A stretch of DNA of 63,857 nucleotides, counting the filler, from Reclinomonas americana ATCC 50394 (lineage: Eukaryota): the NCBI GenBank assembly GCA_048213135.1. It is 15 parts of 15 records of this genome, joined end to end, with 100 filler letters (N's around TTAATTAATTAA, not from the genome) between each part and the next. Parts side by side here need not be neighbours in the genome. Positions count along the whole stretch, not along the records: positions 1 to 2,807 come from AFZH01024007.1; positions 2,908 to 9,973 come from AFZH01024009.1; positions 10,074 to 14,197 come from AFZH01024010.1; 12 more parts are not named here. One strand, 5' to 3'. The translations under genes were made by a program, and so were the position numbers. This document shows positions 1-10,367 of this stretch, piece by piece. Below the pieces are notes generated by a model, which saw nothing but the letters and a program-made list of their open reading frames with translations, was not told the DNA's origin and did not search any database. Each line of letters starts with the position of its first letter. The stretch's first letter is position 1.

Positions 1-43
1 TAGCGTGGTCATCTCTGTAGTCCAGTAGGGCGAGAGGGGCGGG

Positions 44-937
44 TCATCGCTTCATCCCGGTCGTGGCGATGCCCTCGATCAGCAGGCGCTGGAACACCAG
101 GAACAGGATGAAGATCGGCAGGACGGTGAGCGTCGACATGGCGAAGAGCGCGCCCCAGTCCGATTGCCCCGCCGAGTCGACGAAGGTGCGCAGGCCGAGC
201 TGGGCCGTGTATTTCTCGATGTCGTTCAGATAGATCAGCGGCGCGAAGAAATCGTCCCAGGTCCAGATGAAGGAGAACACCGTCGCGGTCGCCAGCACCG
301 GCGTCGACAGCGGCAGGATCACCTTCAGGAAGATGCGCAGCGGCCCGCAGCCGTCCATCACCGCGGCTTCGTCGAGCTCGCGCGGGATGCTGCGGAAGAA
401 CTGCACCATCAGGAAGACGAAGAAGGCGTCGACCGCGAGGAATTTCGGGATCGTGAGCGGCAGGATCGTGTTCACCCAGCCGAGTTTCAGGAACATGATG
501 TATTGCGGGATCAGCACGGCATGTTGCGGCAGCATCAGCGTGCCCAGCATCATCGCGAACCAGAAGCCCCGGCCCCGGAAACGCAGCCGCGTGAAGGCAT
601 AGGCTGCCATCGCGCAGGACATCACATTGCCGAGGACGACCAGGACCGAGATCAGCAGCGAGTTGAGGAAGAGCTGTCCGAAGCCGACGCTCAGCCCGTT
701 CCAGCCGCGGCGATAGGCGTCGAGGGTCGGGGCCTGCGGGATCAGCGAGGTCGAATGGAAGATCTCGGAGTCCGGCCGCAGCGAGCTCGCCACCATCCAG
801 AGCAGCGGATAGAGCAGCACGAAGGTCACGGCGATGAGCAGCGCATAGGCGAAGGCGCGCCGCCAGGGCGAGGCGGTGCCGGCCCGGCTCGCAGCCGCCG
901 GCACTGCGAGGACGGGAGCGCGGACCACCTCAGTCAT
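44..937 (-). CDS. Carbohydrate ABC transporter permease (MalG/UgpE-like)
   Basis: 297-aa hydrophobic ORF with EAA loop (SIPRELDEAAVMDGCG) and the C-terminal motif FQRLLIEGIATTGMK; overlaps the stop of the upstream permease. Confidence 0.93.
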   Translation of the reverse strand: MTEVVRAPVLAVPAAASRAGTASPWRRAFAYALLIAVTFVLLYPLLWMVASSLRPDSEIFHSTSLIPQAPTLDAYRRGWNGLSVGFGQLFLNSLLISVLVVLGNVMSCAMAAYAFTRLRFRGRGFWFAMMLGTLMLPQHAVLIPQYIMFLKLGWVNTILPLTIPKFLAVDAFFVFLMVQFFRSIPRELDEAAVMDGCGPLRIFLKVILPLSTPVLATATVFSFIWTWDDFFAPLIYLNDIEKYTAQLGLRTFVDSAGQSDWGALFAMSTLTVLPIFILFLVFQRLLIEGIATTGMKR

Positions 938-1841
938 CGTAATGGACCCAGTAGCGCGCCGACAGGAAGGAGAGCGCGGTGAAGACCGCGATGATCAGCA
1001 CCAGGATCCAGGCCAGCGCCGAGGCGTAGCCGAAACGGAAATTCGTGAAGGCCTCCTGGTACAGGTAGAGCGTGTAGAACAGCGTTGAGTCGATCGGGCC
1101 GCCGGTGCCGTCGCTGATCACGAAGGCCGAGGTGAAGGCCTTGAACGCGTCGATCGTCTGGATGACGGCGTTGAAGAAGATCACCGGCGTCAGCAGCGGC
1201 AGGGTGATCTTGAAGAACTGGCGGACGGGTTGCGCGCCGTCGATGCTGGCCGCCTCGTAGATGTCCTGCGGAATCTGGCGCAAGCCGGCGAGGAAGATGA
1301 TCATCGACGAGCCGAACTGCCAGACCGCCAGCAGCACGAGCGTGTAGAGCGAGGTCGAGGGATTGGCGATCCAGCTCGGCCCCTCATAGCCGAACAGCGC
1401 GTTCAGGGCCTGGTTGAGCAGACCGTCCCCGGCGAAGACCTGACGCCAGAGCACGGCGATCGCAACGCTGCCGCCGATCAGCGAGGGCAGATAGAATACC
1501 GCCCGGAAGAAGGAGAGGCCGGCCAGGCCCTTGTTCAGCGCGACCGCCACGCCCAGGGCAAAGAGCAGCTTGAGCGGCACCGACAGCAGCACGAAGGTGA
1601 AGGTCACCGTCATCGCGGTGACGAAGCGCGGATCGTCGGTGGCGATCCGCCTGTAGTTCTCGATGCCGACCCAGTTCGGGGCCGACAGGCCGCTATAGTC
1701 GGTCAGCGACAGGTAGAAGGAGGCAGCGACCGGGCCGAGCGTGAGCAGCAGGAAGCCGAGCAGCCATGGCAGTAGGAAGCCGTAGCCGGCGAGGTCGTCC
1801 CGCTGGACGGCGCGCGCACTCGCTGCTGCGGCGGCTGGCAT
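930..1841 (-). CDS. Carbohydrate ABC transporter permease (MalF/UgpA-like)
   Basis: EAA loop (LAGLRQIPQDIYEAASIDGA) and FGYASALAW motif. Start moved to the ATG at 1841 (MPAAAAAS), which has a GAGGAG RBS. Confidence 0.92.
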   Translation of the reverse strand: MPAAAAASARAVQRDDLAGYGFLLPWLLGFLLLTLGPVAASFYLSLTDYSGLSAPNWVGIENYRRIATDDPRFVTAMTVTFTFVLLSVPLKLLFALGVAVALNKGLAGLSFFRAVFYLPSLIGGSVAIAVLWRQVFAGDGLLNQALNALFGYEGPSWIANPSTSLYTLVLLAVWQFGSSMIIFLAGLRQIPQDIYEAASIDGAQPVRQFFKITLPLLTPVIFFNAVIQTIDAFKAFTSAFVISDGTGGPIDSTLFYTLYLYQEAFTNFRFGYASALAWILVLIIAVFTALSFLSARYWVHYDD

Positions 1842-1971
1842 CGGCTCCTCCCCAGGGCCTCTCAGTGTCAGCAAACGATAGGAAGGAAAAATATTATCAT
1901 CAAGAGAAATTTTCGTTATTGACGAAATTAATTCGGTAATGCGAAAAATGCTCGTCCATGGGAGGCGAGCG
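1842..1971. promoter_or_regulatory. AT-rich divergent promoter region with a palindromic operator candidate
   Basis: 130-bp AT-rich gap between divergent genes. TTTCGT-N5-ACGAAA at 1911-1927 and TTCG-N6-CGAA at 1932-1945. Confidence 0.55.
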
Positions 1972-2807
1972 ATGCGCATCGAGCCAAGCACCTATTTCTC
2001 GACCGTCGAGGCTGCCGCCGCCGCCAGGCGCGATACGCGGCCTCACCAGGAGGCGCTGGAGCGCTGCATCGCCAAATTGCGCCAGACCATGCCCGTGATC
2101 GGCCTGCGCAATCCCAAGATTGGCCTGCCCGACAACAGCTGGGTCTATTGCGGGCCCTATGACTGGGTGGTGAGCTTCCAGGCCGGGCAGCTCTGGCTGG
2201 CGCTGCAATTGACCGGAGATCCGGCCTTCCTCAACGCGGCGCGGGCGCGCCGGGTCGTGTTCCGCGGCATCCTCGCTCACCAGAACGCGCAGAACCACGA
2301 TCTCGGCTTCCAGTTCTCGCTGAGCTGCGTCGCCGAATGGCTGATGACGGGAGACGGGGAGGCGCATGAGATGGCGCTCGCCGCAGCGCGGCAGCTGGTT
2401 TGCCGCTACCGGCCCGACGGGCGCTATATCCAGGCCTGGAACGCCAGGCATGTTCATTCCAAGAGCATGCAGGCCGAGTTCGCCAATGGCCGGATCATCG
2501 CCGACACCATGCAGAATCTCGCTTTGCTCTATTGGGCCCATGGCGAGACCGGCCGGGCGGATTTCCGCGAGGCGGCCGATGCCCATGCGCAGACCACGCT
2601 CGACCATATCGTCCGGTCCGACGACACCTCCTTCCACACCTTCGTCTTCGACATCGCCAGCGGCAGGCCGCTGCGCGGCGAGACCCATCAGGGCTATGCC
2701 GACGAGTCCTGCTGGTCGCGCGGCCAGGCCTGGCTGATCCATGGCTTCGCACAGTCGGCCCTGACGACGGGTAATCCGGCCTATGCTGATGCTGCCCGGC
2801 GGCTGGC
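1972..2807 (+). CDS. Glycoside hydrolase family 88 (unsaturated glucuronyl hydrolase-like), 3' truncated
   Basis: Motifs NHDLGFQF, RIIADTMQNL and THQGYADESCWSRGQAW. GGAGG RBS at 1961. The ORF runs into the contig end. Confidence 0.85.
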
Positions 2808-2907
2808 NNNNNNNNNNNNNNNNNNNNNNNNNNNNNNNNNNNNNNNNNNNNTTAATTAATTAANNNNNNNNNNNNNNNNNNNNNNNNNNNNNNNNNNNNN
2901 NNNNNNN
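2808..2907. other. Artificial contig spacer (first of 14)
   Basis: N44-TTAATTAATTAA-N44 six-frame-stop linker. Also at 9974, 14198, 18067, 20119, 21723, 25427, 27750, 34077, 37692, 41444, 44821, 47654 and 49190, each 100 nt. Confidence 0.98.
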
Positions 2908-2993
2908 AGATTTTTGGGCTTTGTGCAGCGGCTGTACTGGACCAATTCGCTGCGATCACGCATGGTCAGCCGGATACTCGCTCCGGTTGATGG

Positions 2994-5900
2994 ATGGACG
3001 GAAACTTCGACTATCTGGCTCAGATCGACCCGCAGTTTGCCCGGCTCGGCAAACTCGCGGAGCACTTCTTCCATCTGGACCCGCCGACGAGCATCGGTAA
3101 AACGCGCCAGCTTGCCGAGTTGATCTCCAAAGAGATGGCCGCTCGGGCCGGTGTCCCACTCCCACCACGGGTGCGATTTGAGGAACTGCTTCGGCTGCTG
3201 CGCGACGAGGGCCTTCTCCCTCGGGATGTAGCAGATCTGTTCCACTACCTCCGTCAGGTCGGGAACGCCGCGATCCATGAAAACAAGGGCTCGACGGGAG
3301 ACGCGCTGACCTCGTTGAAGGTGGCGCGTCAGATCGCTGTCTGGTTCTGCCGGGCCGTTCTCGGCGACACAAGCTTCAACCCCGGTCCCTTCCGTCCGCC
3401 GAGCCCACCAGCCGACGCGACTGCTCAGCTTCGTGCCGAAGTAGATCAGCTGAAGCGCCAAGTGCTGGAGCAAGAGAGCGCAGCAGAGCGCGCAGGTCGC
3501 GAAATTGCGGAGGCGCGGCGTGCCCTTGAAAGCGCTGAAGATCGAGCGCGACGAGAGGCGGAGGATAGGAAGGCCGCAGAGCAGCTTCTTGAGGAAGTCG
3601 CTGCGGCGCGTCTGCAGGAGGAGAGGCGGTTTGCCGAGCTTCAGCGAGAAGCGGCACAGGCTCCCGCAGCGCAACTCCTCAAGTTCCAGACGGCCGCTCA
3701 AGCGGCCTCCAGCATGGTTCAACTCGACGAGTCGGACACCCGCCGCCTGATCGATGCCAAGCTGCGACAGGCAGGCTGGGTCGCGGATAGCGATACTATC
3801 CGGCACGCGGCAGGGAGCCGCCCCGACCTGGCAGACGCCGTGGCGATTGCGGAGTGGCCAACCGAGACCGGGCCCGTCGACTATGCCCTCTTCGCGAAGG
3901 GGCGTTGCGTCGGCGTCATCGAGGCCAAGCGGGCCTCCAAGGACGTCCCTTCAGTCTTGGAGCAGGCCAAGCGTTACGCCGAGAGCATCAAACTAGACGG
4001 AAGCGAAATCTACCCCGGCGCGCCCTACCAGCACGGCCTTGAAACTCCCTTCCGTGTGCCGTTCGTCTTCGCGACCAACGGCCGCCCGTTCGTGAAGCAA
4101 CTGGCGACGAAGTCCGGGATCTGGGTTTGGGATGCTCGCCGCGCCACGAGCCTGCCCTCGGCTCTCCCAGAGTGGTTCTCGCCAAGGGATCTTGAGGAGC
4201 GCCTCCAGCAGGACGTGGAAGTGGCTCAAGGTCTCGCCGAGGAGCCATTCGCCTACGCGGGGCTGCGGCCCTACCAGCAGGACGCAGTCACGGCGGTGGA
4301 AGCAGCCATCGATGCGGGCCAAAAGGACATCCTCGTGGCGATGGCCACGGGCACCGGCAAGACACGCACCTGCATCGTCCTCATGTACCGGCTGCTGAAG
4401 CACAAGCGGTTCCGTCGCATCCTGTTCCTTGTCGACCGAAACGCCCTTGGGGAGCAGACCATGCAGGCGCTCCACAACACGGAGCTGGAAGGGCTGCTGA
4501 AGTTCGCCTCGATCCACAACGTCGCCGGCCTCGACAAGCGGCTCCCCGAGAAGGAAGACCGGGTTCACGTCGCCACCGTCCAATCGATGGTGAAGCGCAT
4601 CCTGAATGCCGAGGCGGACGAGGATCGGCCCACACCGGGCATGTACGACGCAATCATCGTGGACGAGGCCCACCGCGGCTATGTGCTCGATGCCGAGATG
4701 AGAGATGGGGACCTCACGTTCCGCAACCTCGACGACTACCTCTCCCAGTATCGGCGTGTGCTCGACTATTTCGATGCCACCCACGTGGCGCTGACCGCAA
4801 CGCCAGCCCTGCATACGACCCAGATCTTCGGCCGGCCGGTCTACAGCTACGGCTATCGCCAGGCTGTGGTGGAGGGCTATCTGATCGACCACCAGCCGCC
4901 GCGCAGGATTACCACGGCGCTGTCCCAAGCCGGCATCCGATTTGAAGGCGGTGAAGAAGTCGAGGTGATCGATCCGAGAACAGGGCAGATCAACCTGTTT
5001 GAGACCCCCGACGTCGTCGACTTCGAGGTCCAGGAGTTCAATAAGAAGGTCTACACGGTCGAGTTCAACCGCGTCGTTGCTGAGGTCATCGCAGCGGAGG
5101 TCCCACCCAACCGGCCCGGCAAGACACTCCTGTTCGCGGCCCGTGATGACCACGCCGACATCCTGGTCGACGAACTTAGAAAGGCGCTGGAGGCGGAGCA
5201 TGGCCCACAGCCGCACGATCTTGTCCAGAAAGTCACCGGATCAGTGGACGATGCGAGCGGCAAGATCCGACGCTTCCGGAATGACCCGAACCCCAAGTAC
5301 GTAGTCACCGTCGACTTGCTGACGACCGGGGTGGACATCCCCGAGATTTGCACGCTCGTCTTTGTGCGCCGCGTAAACAGTCGGATCCTGTACGACCAGA
5401 TGATCGGTCGTGCCACGCGCCGCGCGGACCACATCGGCAAGGAGGTCTTCCGCATATTCGACGCCGTCGACATCTACGCCAACCTGCAGTCGGTGACGGA
5501 CATGCGGCCCGTGATCGTCGACCCGAACGTTACGCTGCCGGGCCTGCTGCAAGACCTGCAGCGCGCCGAGGACGACGAGGACCGGCTTTTTGTCCGCGAC
5601 CAGATCGTGGTGAGGGTGCGCCAGCGGCTTCGCCACCTCACGGATCAGGCCGCGACCGAATTGGAGCAACTGACCGGTCAGACACCAGAGGCCTTCGTCG
5701 CAGCGCTGCCCACGAGGCCGCCTAGCAACATCGTGGCTCTCTTCAGCGCGAAGCCGGCCCTGCTGTCGCTTCTGGAGGGCGTCAAACGTCCCTCTCACGT
5801 CGATCAAGGCATCTACATCTCTACTCACGGAGACGAGCTGGTGTCGGTCGAGGACGTGTTCGATGGCGTGTCCTCTCCGGAGGATTACATCTCAGCCTTC

Positions 5901-6380
5901 GAACGGTTCGTCCGCGACAACATCAATCTCGTCCCGGCTCTCACAGCGGCCGCGCAAAAGCCGCGCGAACTTACTCGCAAGGACCTCCGGGGGCTGGCGT
6001 CGCTGCTGGACGAGCGCGGCTTCTCGGAGGCGAAGCTCCGCCGCGCCTATGGCCGGGCGCGAAATGCCGACATCGCAGCCCACATCATCGGCTTCGTTCG
6101 CCAGGCGGCGGTTGGCGACCCACTTGTGCCCTACGCGATCCGCGTCGAGAACGCGCTAGCGCGGATCAAGGCCTCGAAGCCGTGGACGACGAAGCAGAGG
6201 CAGTGGCTGGACCGGATCGGTCGCGCCCTGCAGGAGCAGCCGGTAAGCGATCCGTCAATCCTGGACGAGCCTGCCTTCCTCCAGAAAGGTGGCTTCGAGA
6301 CGGTGGATCGCGACTTTGATCACGGACTCGGTCCCCTGCTGCAGGACATCAACGCAGAGATCTGGGCGATGCGCGCATGA
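2994..6380 (+). CDS. hsdR: Type I restriction enzyme R subunit (EcoKI-like)
   Basis: 1128 aa. Nuclease motif VDY...VIEAKR, Walker A MATGTGKT, DEAHRG, LTATP and QMIGRATR, plus an N-terminal coiled coil. Confidence 0.95.
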   Translation: MDGNFDYLAQIDPQFARLGKLAEHFFHLDPPTSIGKTRQLAELISKEMAARAGVPLPPRVRFEELLRLLRDEGLLPRDVADLFHYLRQVGNAAIHENKGSTGDALTSLKVARQIAVWFCRAVLGDTSFNPGPFRPPSPPADATAQLRAEVDQLKRQVLEQESAAERAGREIAEARRALESAEDRARREAEDRKAAEQLLEEVAAARLQEERRFAELQREAAQAPAAQLLKFQTAAQAASSMVQLDESDTRRLIDAKLRQAGWVADSDTIRHAAGSRPDLADAVAIAEWPTETGPVDYALFAKGRCVGVIEAKRASKDVPSVLEQAKRYAESIKLDGSEIYPGAPYQHGLETPFRVPFVFATNGRPFVKQLATKSGIWVWDARRATSLPSALPEWFSPRDLEERLQQDVEVAQGLAEEPFAYAGLRPYQQDAVTAVEAAIDAGQKDILVAMATGTGKTRTCIVLMYRLLKHKRFRRILFLVDRNALGEQTMQALHNTELEGLLKFASIHNVAGLDKRLPEKEDRVHVATVQSMVKRILNAEADEDRPTPGMYDAIIVDEAHRGYVLDAEMRDGDLTFRNLDDYLSQYRRVLDYFDATHVALTATPALHTTQIFGRPVYSYGYRQAVVEGYLIDHQPPRRITTALSQAGIRFEGGEEVEVIDPRTGQINLFETPDVVDFEVQEFNKKVYTVEFNRVVAEVIAAEVPPNRPGKTLLFAARDDHADILVDELRKALEAEHGPQPHDLVQKVTGSVDDASGKIRRFRNDPNPKYVVTVDLLTTGVDIPEICTLVFVRRVNSRILYDQMIGRATRRADHIGKEVFRIFDAVDIYANLQSVTDMRPVIVDPNVTLPGLLQDLQRAEDDEDRLFVRDQIVVRVRQRLRHLTDQAATELEQLTGQTPEAFVAALPTRPPSNIVALFSAKPALLSLLEGVKRPSHVDQGIYISTHGDELVSVEDVFDGVSSPEDYISAFERFVRDNINLVPALTAAAQKPRELTRKDLRGLASLLDERGFSEAKLRRAYGRARNADIAAHIIGFVRQAAVGDPLVPYAIRVENALARIKASKPWTTKQRQWLDRIGRALQEQPVSDPSILDEPAFLQKGGFETVDRDFDHGLGPLLQDINAEIWAMRA

Positions 6381-7225
6381 GCGCGGGCGACGTTGTTGTC
6401 GTAGGTTTTGACGCAGCCTGGACGGATCATCCACGCAAGCCAGGTGCAATCTGCTCAGCTCACTACCGAGGCGGGCTCTGCACCGGCTTCGAACCGCCGA
6501 GGTTCGTCTCTTTCGCCGAGGGGCTCTCCTTCGTCGGAGCCGTTGAGCAGCAGGACTTGCCTCTCCTCGTTGCCCTTGACCAGCCTACCATCGTGCGCAA
6601 CGCGACTGGCTCCCGTCCTGTCGATAAGGTCGCCGGTTCGCTGGTGTCCTGGATTGGTGGGGGCGTCCAACCGGCCAACCGTGGCAAGCTTGGGATGTTC
6701 GACGACGACGCGCCGATCTGGCGTTTCGTGGATGGCCTTGGAGGCCTTCAGGAGCCCGAGGAGGCACGTTCGGCCACGTCCGGGCGGTATCTCGTCGAGG
6801 TGTTCCCTGCGCTCGCCCTGGCGGCTCTGGACGCCCGCTTCTACGGTCGACTGAAGGGGCCGCGATACAACCCGGCGCGGCGTAAGACCTTCCAACGGTC
6901 ACATTGGAGCGCGGTGCTGTCCGTTGTGGCGGACGAGGCCGGTCGTCTGGGCTGCGAACCCGCAGCAGATTGGGTTTCTCGGCTCGACGTCCTGGACGTC
7001 CGCAAGGGGCACCAGGACTCCCTCGACGCCCTGATATGCCTGCTCACCGGCTTGCGCTGGCGACTGGAGCCGCGGGATCGATCCATCATGCTCGGGTGCC
7101 TCGGCCACGGCTACATGGTTGCGCCGGTCACGCCGCTGATGCACGAGAGGCTGGCTATGGCCGCCGCGCTTCGGTCGGTGCCCATAGACAACGCCATTCC
7201 GCCTGCAGTCAGGATACTTCTATGA
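6377..7225 (+). CDS. DUF429-like protein (predicted RNase H-fold nuclease)
   Basis: 282 aa with motifs VGFDAAW, VALDQP, LVEVFPA and DSLDALIC. ATGA overlaps with both hsdR and hsdM. Confidence 0.75.
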   Translation: MSAGDVVVVGFDAAWTDHPRKPGAICSAHYRGGLCTGFEPPRFVSFAEGLSFVGAVEQQDLPLLVALDQPTIVRNATGSRPVDKVAGSLVSWIGGGVQPANRGKLGMFDDDAPIWRFVDGLGGLQEPEEARSATSGRYLVEVFPALALAALDARFYGRLKGPRYNPARRKTFQRSHWSAVLSVVADEAGRLGCEPAADWVSRLDVLDVRKGHQDSLDALICLLTGLRWRLEPRDRSIMLGCLGHGYMVAPVTPLMHERLAMAAALRSVPIDNAIPPAVRILL

Positions 7226-8688
7226 ACCCGTCGTCCGACCTCGTGAACAAACTCTGGAGGCTGTGTGCGCACCTTCGCAAGGACGGCGTGACCTACCAGC
7301 AGTACGTGACGGAACTGACCTATCTGCTCTTCCTCAAGATGATGGCCGAGCTGAAGCGCGAGGAGGGGCGCATTCCGGCCGGCATGCGCTGGAAGGATCT
7401 AGTTGATGCTGAGGGTGTGAAGCAGCTCGGCCTCTATCGGTCCATCCTGGCTGCTCTGGGCAATCCCGAGCAGCACCTTGACCGCTCAGTCCAGGCCATC
7501 TTCGCCGGCTCATCCACCTTCATCCGTGAGCCCGTTAATCTGGAGAAGCTCGTCACCGCCATCGACGATTTGCGCTGGTTCTCTGACGAGCGTGACAGCT
7601 TCGGCGACCTCTATGAGGGGTTGCTTCAGAAGAACGCGGAGGAGACGAAGCGGGGCGCGGGGCAGTACTTCACGCCTCGCGTGCTCGTGCAGGTTCTGGT
7701 TCGCCTGATGAAGCCCAAGCCTGGGGAGGTGATTCAAGATCCTGCGGCTGGTACCGGCGGCTTCCTTATTGCGGCTGACAGGGCGATCCGCGAGGTCACA
7801 GATGATCTGTTCACGCTGTCGCCGACCCAGCAGGAGTTCCAGATCAAGCGGGCCCTCCAAGGGATGGAGAACGTCGAGGGCGTCTATCGTCTGCTGCTGA
7901 TGAACCTGCACTTGCACGGGGTCGACAGCCAGCACCTTCATCTCGCCGATACTCTGGGCCCGGAAGGGGCTGATCTGGCCAAGGCCTGGCCTGCTGATCT
8001 CATCCTCACAAACCCGCCCTTTGGGCCGGCAGGTGGGCGCCCGTCGCGCGATGACCTGACGGTGACGAGCATGGTGTCCTCCTATCAGCTCCCCTTCGTG
8101 GAACACTGCATCCGGTCGTTGAAGCCGGGGGGGCGGGCGGCGGTAGTGGTCCCGGATAACGTACTCTTCGAAGACGGCCGGGGCCGAGAGTTGCGGCGAA
8201 TGTTGATGGACTGGTGCGACCTTCACACCATCCTGCGACTGCCAACGGGCATTTTCTACGCCCAAGGCGTGAAAACGAACGTCATCTTCTTCACACGCGG
8301 GGCAGCCGCCTCCGAGAACACCAGGGCTGTGTGGGTCTATGATCTCCGTGCCAACATGCCGGCCTTTGGCAAGAACTCGCCGCTCACAGAGGCCCACTTC
8401 AGAGACTTTGAGGCCGCTTATGGCGATGACCCGAATGATCGGCAGTGCCAGGGTGAGGAAGGGCGCTTCCGCTGCTTTACCCGAGCAGAGATCAAGGCTC
8501 GCGGCGATAATCTCGACATAGGCTGGTTGCGGGATACCAGCGATGACACCGAGGACTCTCTGACGGAGCCCGAAGAATTTATCGGGGCAATCCGGGCTCA
8601 TCTCGTTAATGCTGTGGCGGAGATCGAAGCGCTGGCGGAGGCGTTGGAGGTCGCGGTGCCGGTGGAAGCACGGGAAGCAGCGGAATGA
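7222..8688 (+). CDS. hsdM: Type I RM N6-adenine methyltransferase M subunit
   Basis: Starts MNPSSDLVNKLW. Contains GQYFTPR, motif I QDPAAGTGGFL, motif IV NPPF and LRLPTGIFYAQGVKTN. Confidence 0.95.
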   Translation: MNPSSDLVNKLWRLCAHLRKDGVTYQQYVTELTYLLFLKMMAELKREEGRIPAGMRWKDLVDAEGVKQLGLYRSILAALGNPEQHLDRSVQAIFAGSSTFIREPVNLEKLVTAIDDLRWFSDERDSFGDLYEGLLQKNAEETKRGAGQYFTPRVLVQVLVRLMKPKPGEVIQDPAAGTGGFLIAADRAIREVTDDLFTLSPTQQEFQIKRALQGMENVEGVYRLLLMNLHLHGVDSQHLHLADTLGPEGADLAKAWPADLILTNPPFGPAGGRPSRDDLTVTSMVSSYQLPFVEHCIRSLKPGGRAAVVVPDNVLFEDGRGRELRRMLMDWCDLHTILRLPTGIFYAQGVKTNVIFFTRGAAASENTRAVWVYDLRANMPAFGKNSPLTEAHFRDFEAAYGDDPNDRQCQGEEGRFRCFTRAEIKARGDNLDIGWLRDTSDDTEDSLTEPEEFIGAIRAHLVNAVAEIEALAEALEVAVPVEAREAAE

Positions 8689-9973
8689 CCATTCCGGCGA
8701 CCTGGGCAACTGCCCGTATTGGCGATCTGTGCCATCTCGTAAATGGCAGAGCATTTAAGCCCGGTGATTGGTCCGATCAAGGTTTGCCGATCATCCGGAT
8801 TCAAAATCTTAAAAATCAAGAGGCCAAGTTTAACCACTACCGAGGTTCGGTCGAATCGAAATTCTTAGTCGAGCCAGGAGAGCTACTTTTTGCATGGTCG
8901 GGAACGCCAGGGACTTCATTTGGTGCGCACGTGTGGAGCGGGCCGCAAGCAATCCTCAACCAGCACATCTTTCGAGTGCTGTTCAACTCGCATCATCTTT
9001 CGCGCGATTTCTTCCGCTTGGCGATCAACTCCAGGTTGGACGAGCTGATTGGCAAGGCTCACGGAGGGGTCGGTCTGGCTCATGTCACTAGAGGTAAATT
9101 CGAGAGCACTGAGGTCCACCTGCCTCCGTTGGCCGAACAGTGTCGGATCGTTGCGGCTATTGAGGCTTTGGCGGCACGGTCGAAACGCGCAAAGGCGGAA
9201 CTTGTCCGCGTGGAGGCTCTCTCGTCACGGGCTAAGCAGGCTGTACTGGTCGCCGCGTTCCGGGGCGAACTGACTGCGGATTGGCGGGATCAGCATCCAT
9301 CCGACCTTCCCGCAGCCACACTGGTCGACGCGACTGCCGAGCCTGATCAGTCAAGGGGCGGCAGAGAAGCGACGACGGACGTTATCCCCGGTCTAGCAGC
9401 GGTATCGGTAAACAATCCGGGCACGCCGACACCGCAGGGATGGGCTTGGGTTCGTCTCCGTCGCATTGCGCGACAAGAAACAGGGCACACACCGAGCCGG
9501 TCTCGGCCCGAATACTGGGATGGCGGCGTCCCATGGATAGGAATTCGCGACGCAGGCGCGCATCACAGCGCGACTATCAACGACACAATCCAGACGATAT
9601 CGGAAACGGGTTTGGCTAACTCGTCGGCACGCCTGCTGCCCGCCGGTACAGTCTGCCTCTCGCGTACTGCCTCTGTTGGCTATGTGACCATCATGGGAAG
9701 GCCCATGGCCACGAGCCAGGACTTCGCGACATGGACCTGCACCGATGCGCTTGATCCCGAGTACCTGATGTTTGCGTTGCTCGCAGAGGGGGATCACATC
9801 CGGACCTTTGGCGAGGGCACCACCCACACAACGATCTATTTCCCTGAAATCAGGGCGTTTCACATCTGCCTGGCGCCCAAGAGGGAGCAAGTCGAGATCG
9901 TCCGGCGCGTGAAGCTCGCCTTGGCGAAGATCGACAAGATGGCGGAGGAAGCCCGGGCGAGCCTAGCAGGCTG
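8685..9973 (+). CDS. hsdS: Type I RM specificity subunit, 3' truncated
   Basis: Two target-recognition domains (IPATWATARIGD..., TPQGWAWVRL...) with conserved PPLAEQCRIV and APKREQVEIV segments. ATGA overlap with hsdM. Confidence 0.93.
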
Positions 9974-10367
9974 NNNNNNNNNNNNNNNNNNNNNNNNNNN
10001 NNNNNNNNNNNNNNNNNTTAATTAATTAANNNNNNNNNNNNNNNNNNNNNNNNNNNNNNNNNNNNNNNNNNNNGAAAACGGTGCTGATTGCCAGTGCTCC
10101 ACGAGCAAAAGAAGAGTGAAAACGAACAGGACAACTGAAAGGACATTGAAGTGGCTCCTGGTCGTTTCTCACTCTGGAAACCTAAGTATACCAATCGGTA
10201 ACTAGCGAACTGCACAGACACTTCTTCCACATCCCTCGCTTGGTTTGCGCAAAGAGTGTGGAGATTGCAGTGCATGCAGTGTGTAATAAGGGGGCAACAA
10301 CAGCAGGAAGTGGCTGCTGTCCGCCACAATGCATCGTCCTTCATGTTGTTGTCCGACACGAGTCGTC

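Noticed and set aside
1842..1991. 353-aa extended permease ORF
   Set aside because: The extension runs through the promoter and into the GH88 gene; the RBS supports a start at 1841.
2852..2863. Repeated TTAATTAATTAA as a biological repeat
   Set aside because: Always centred in a fixed 100-nt N block; it is a synthetic six-frame-stop linker.
6904..7221. 594-aa extended HsdM ORF
   Set aside because: The extension overlaps the DUF429-like gene. HsdM-like sequence starts at ATG 7222, which has an ATGA coupling.
9974..10073. Bacteria-to-eukaryote transfer of the RM operon
   Set aside because: The adjacency is only across an artificial spacer.
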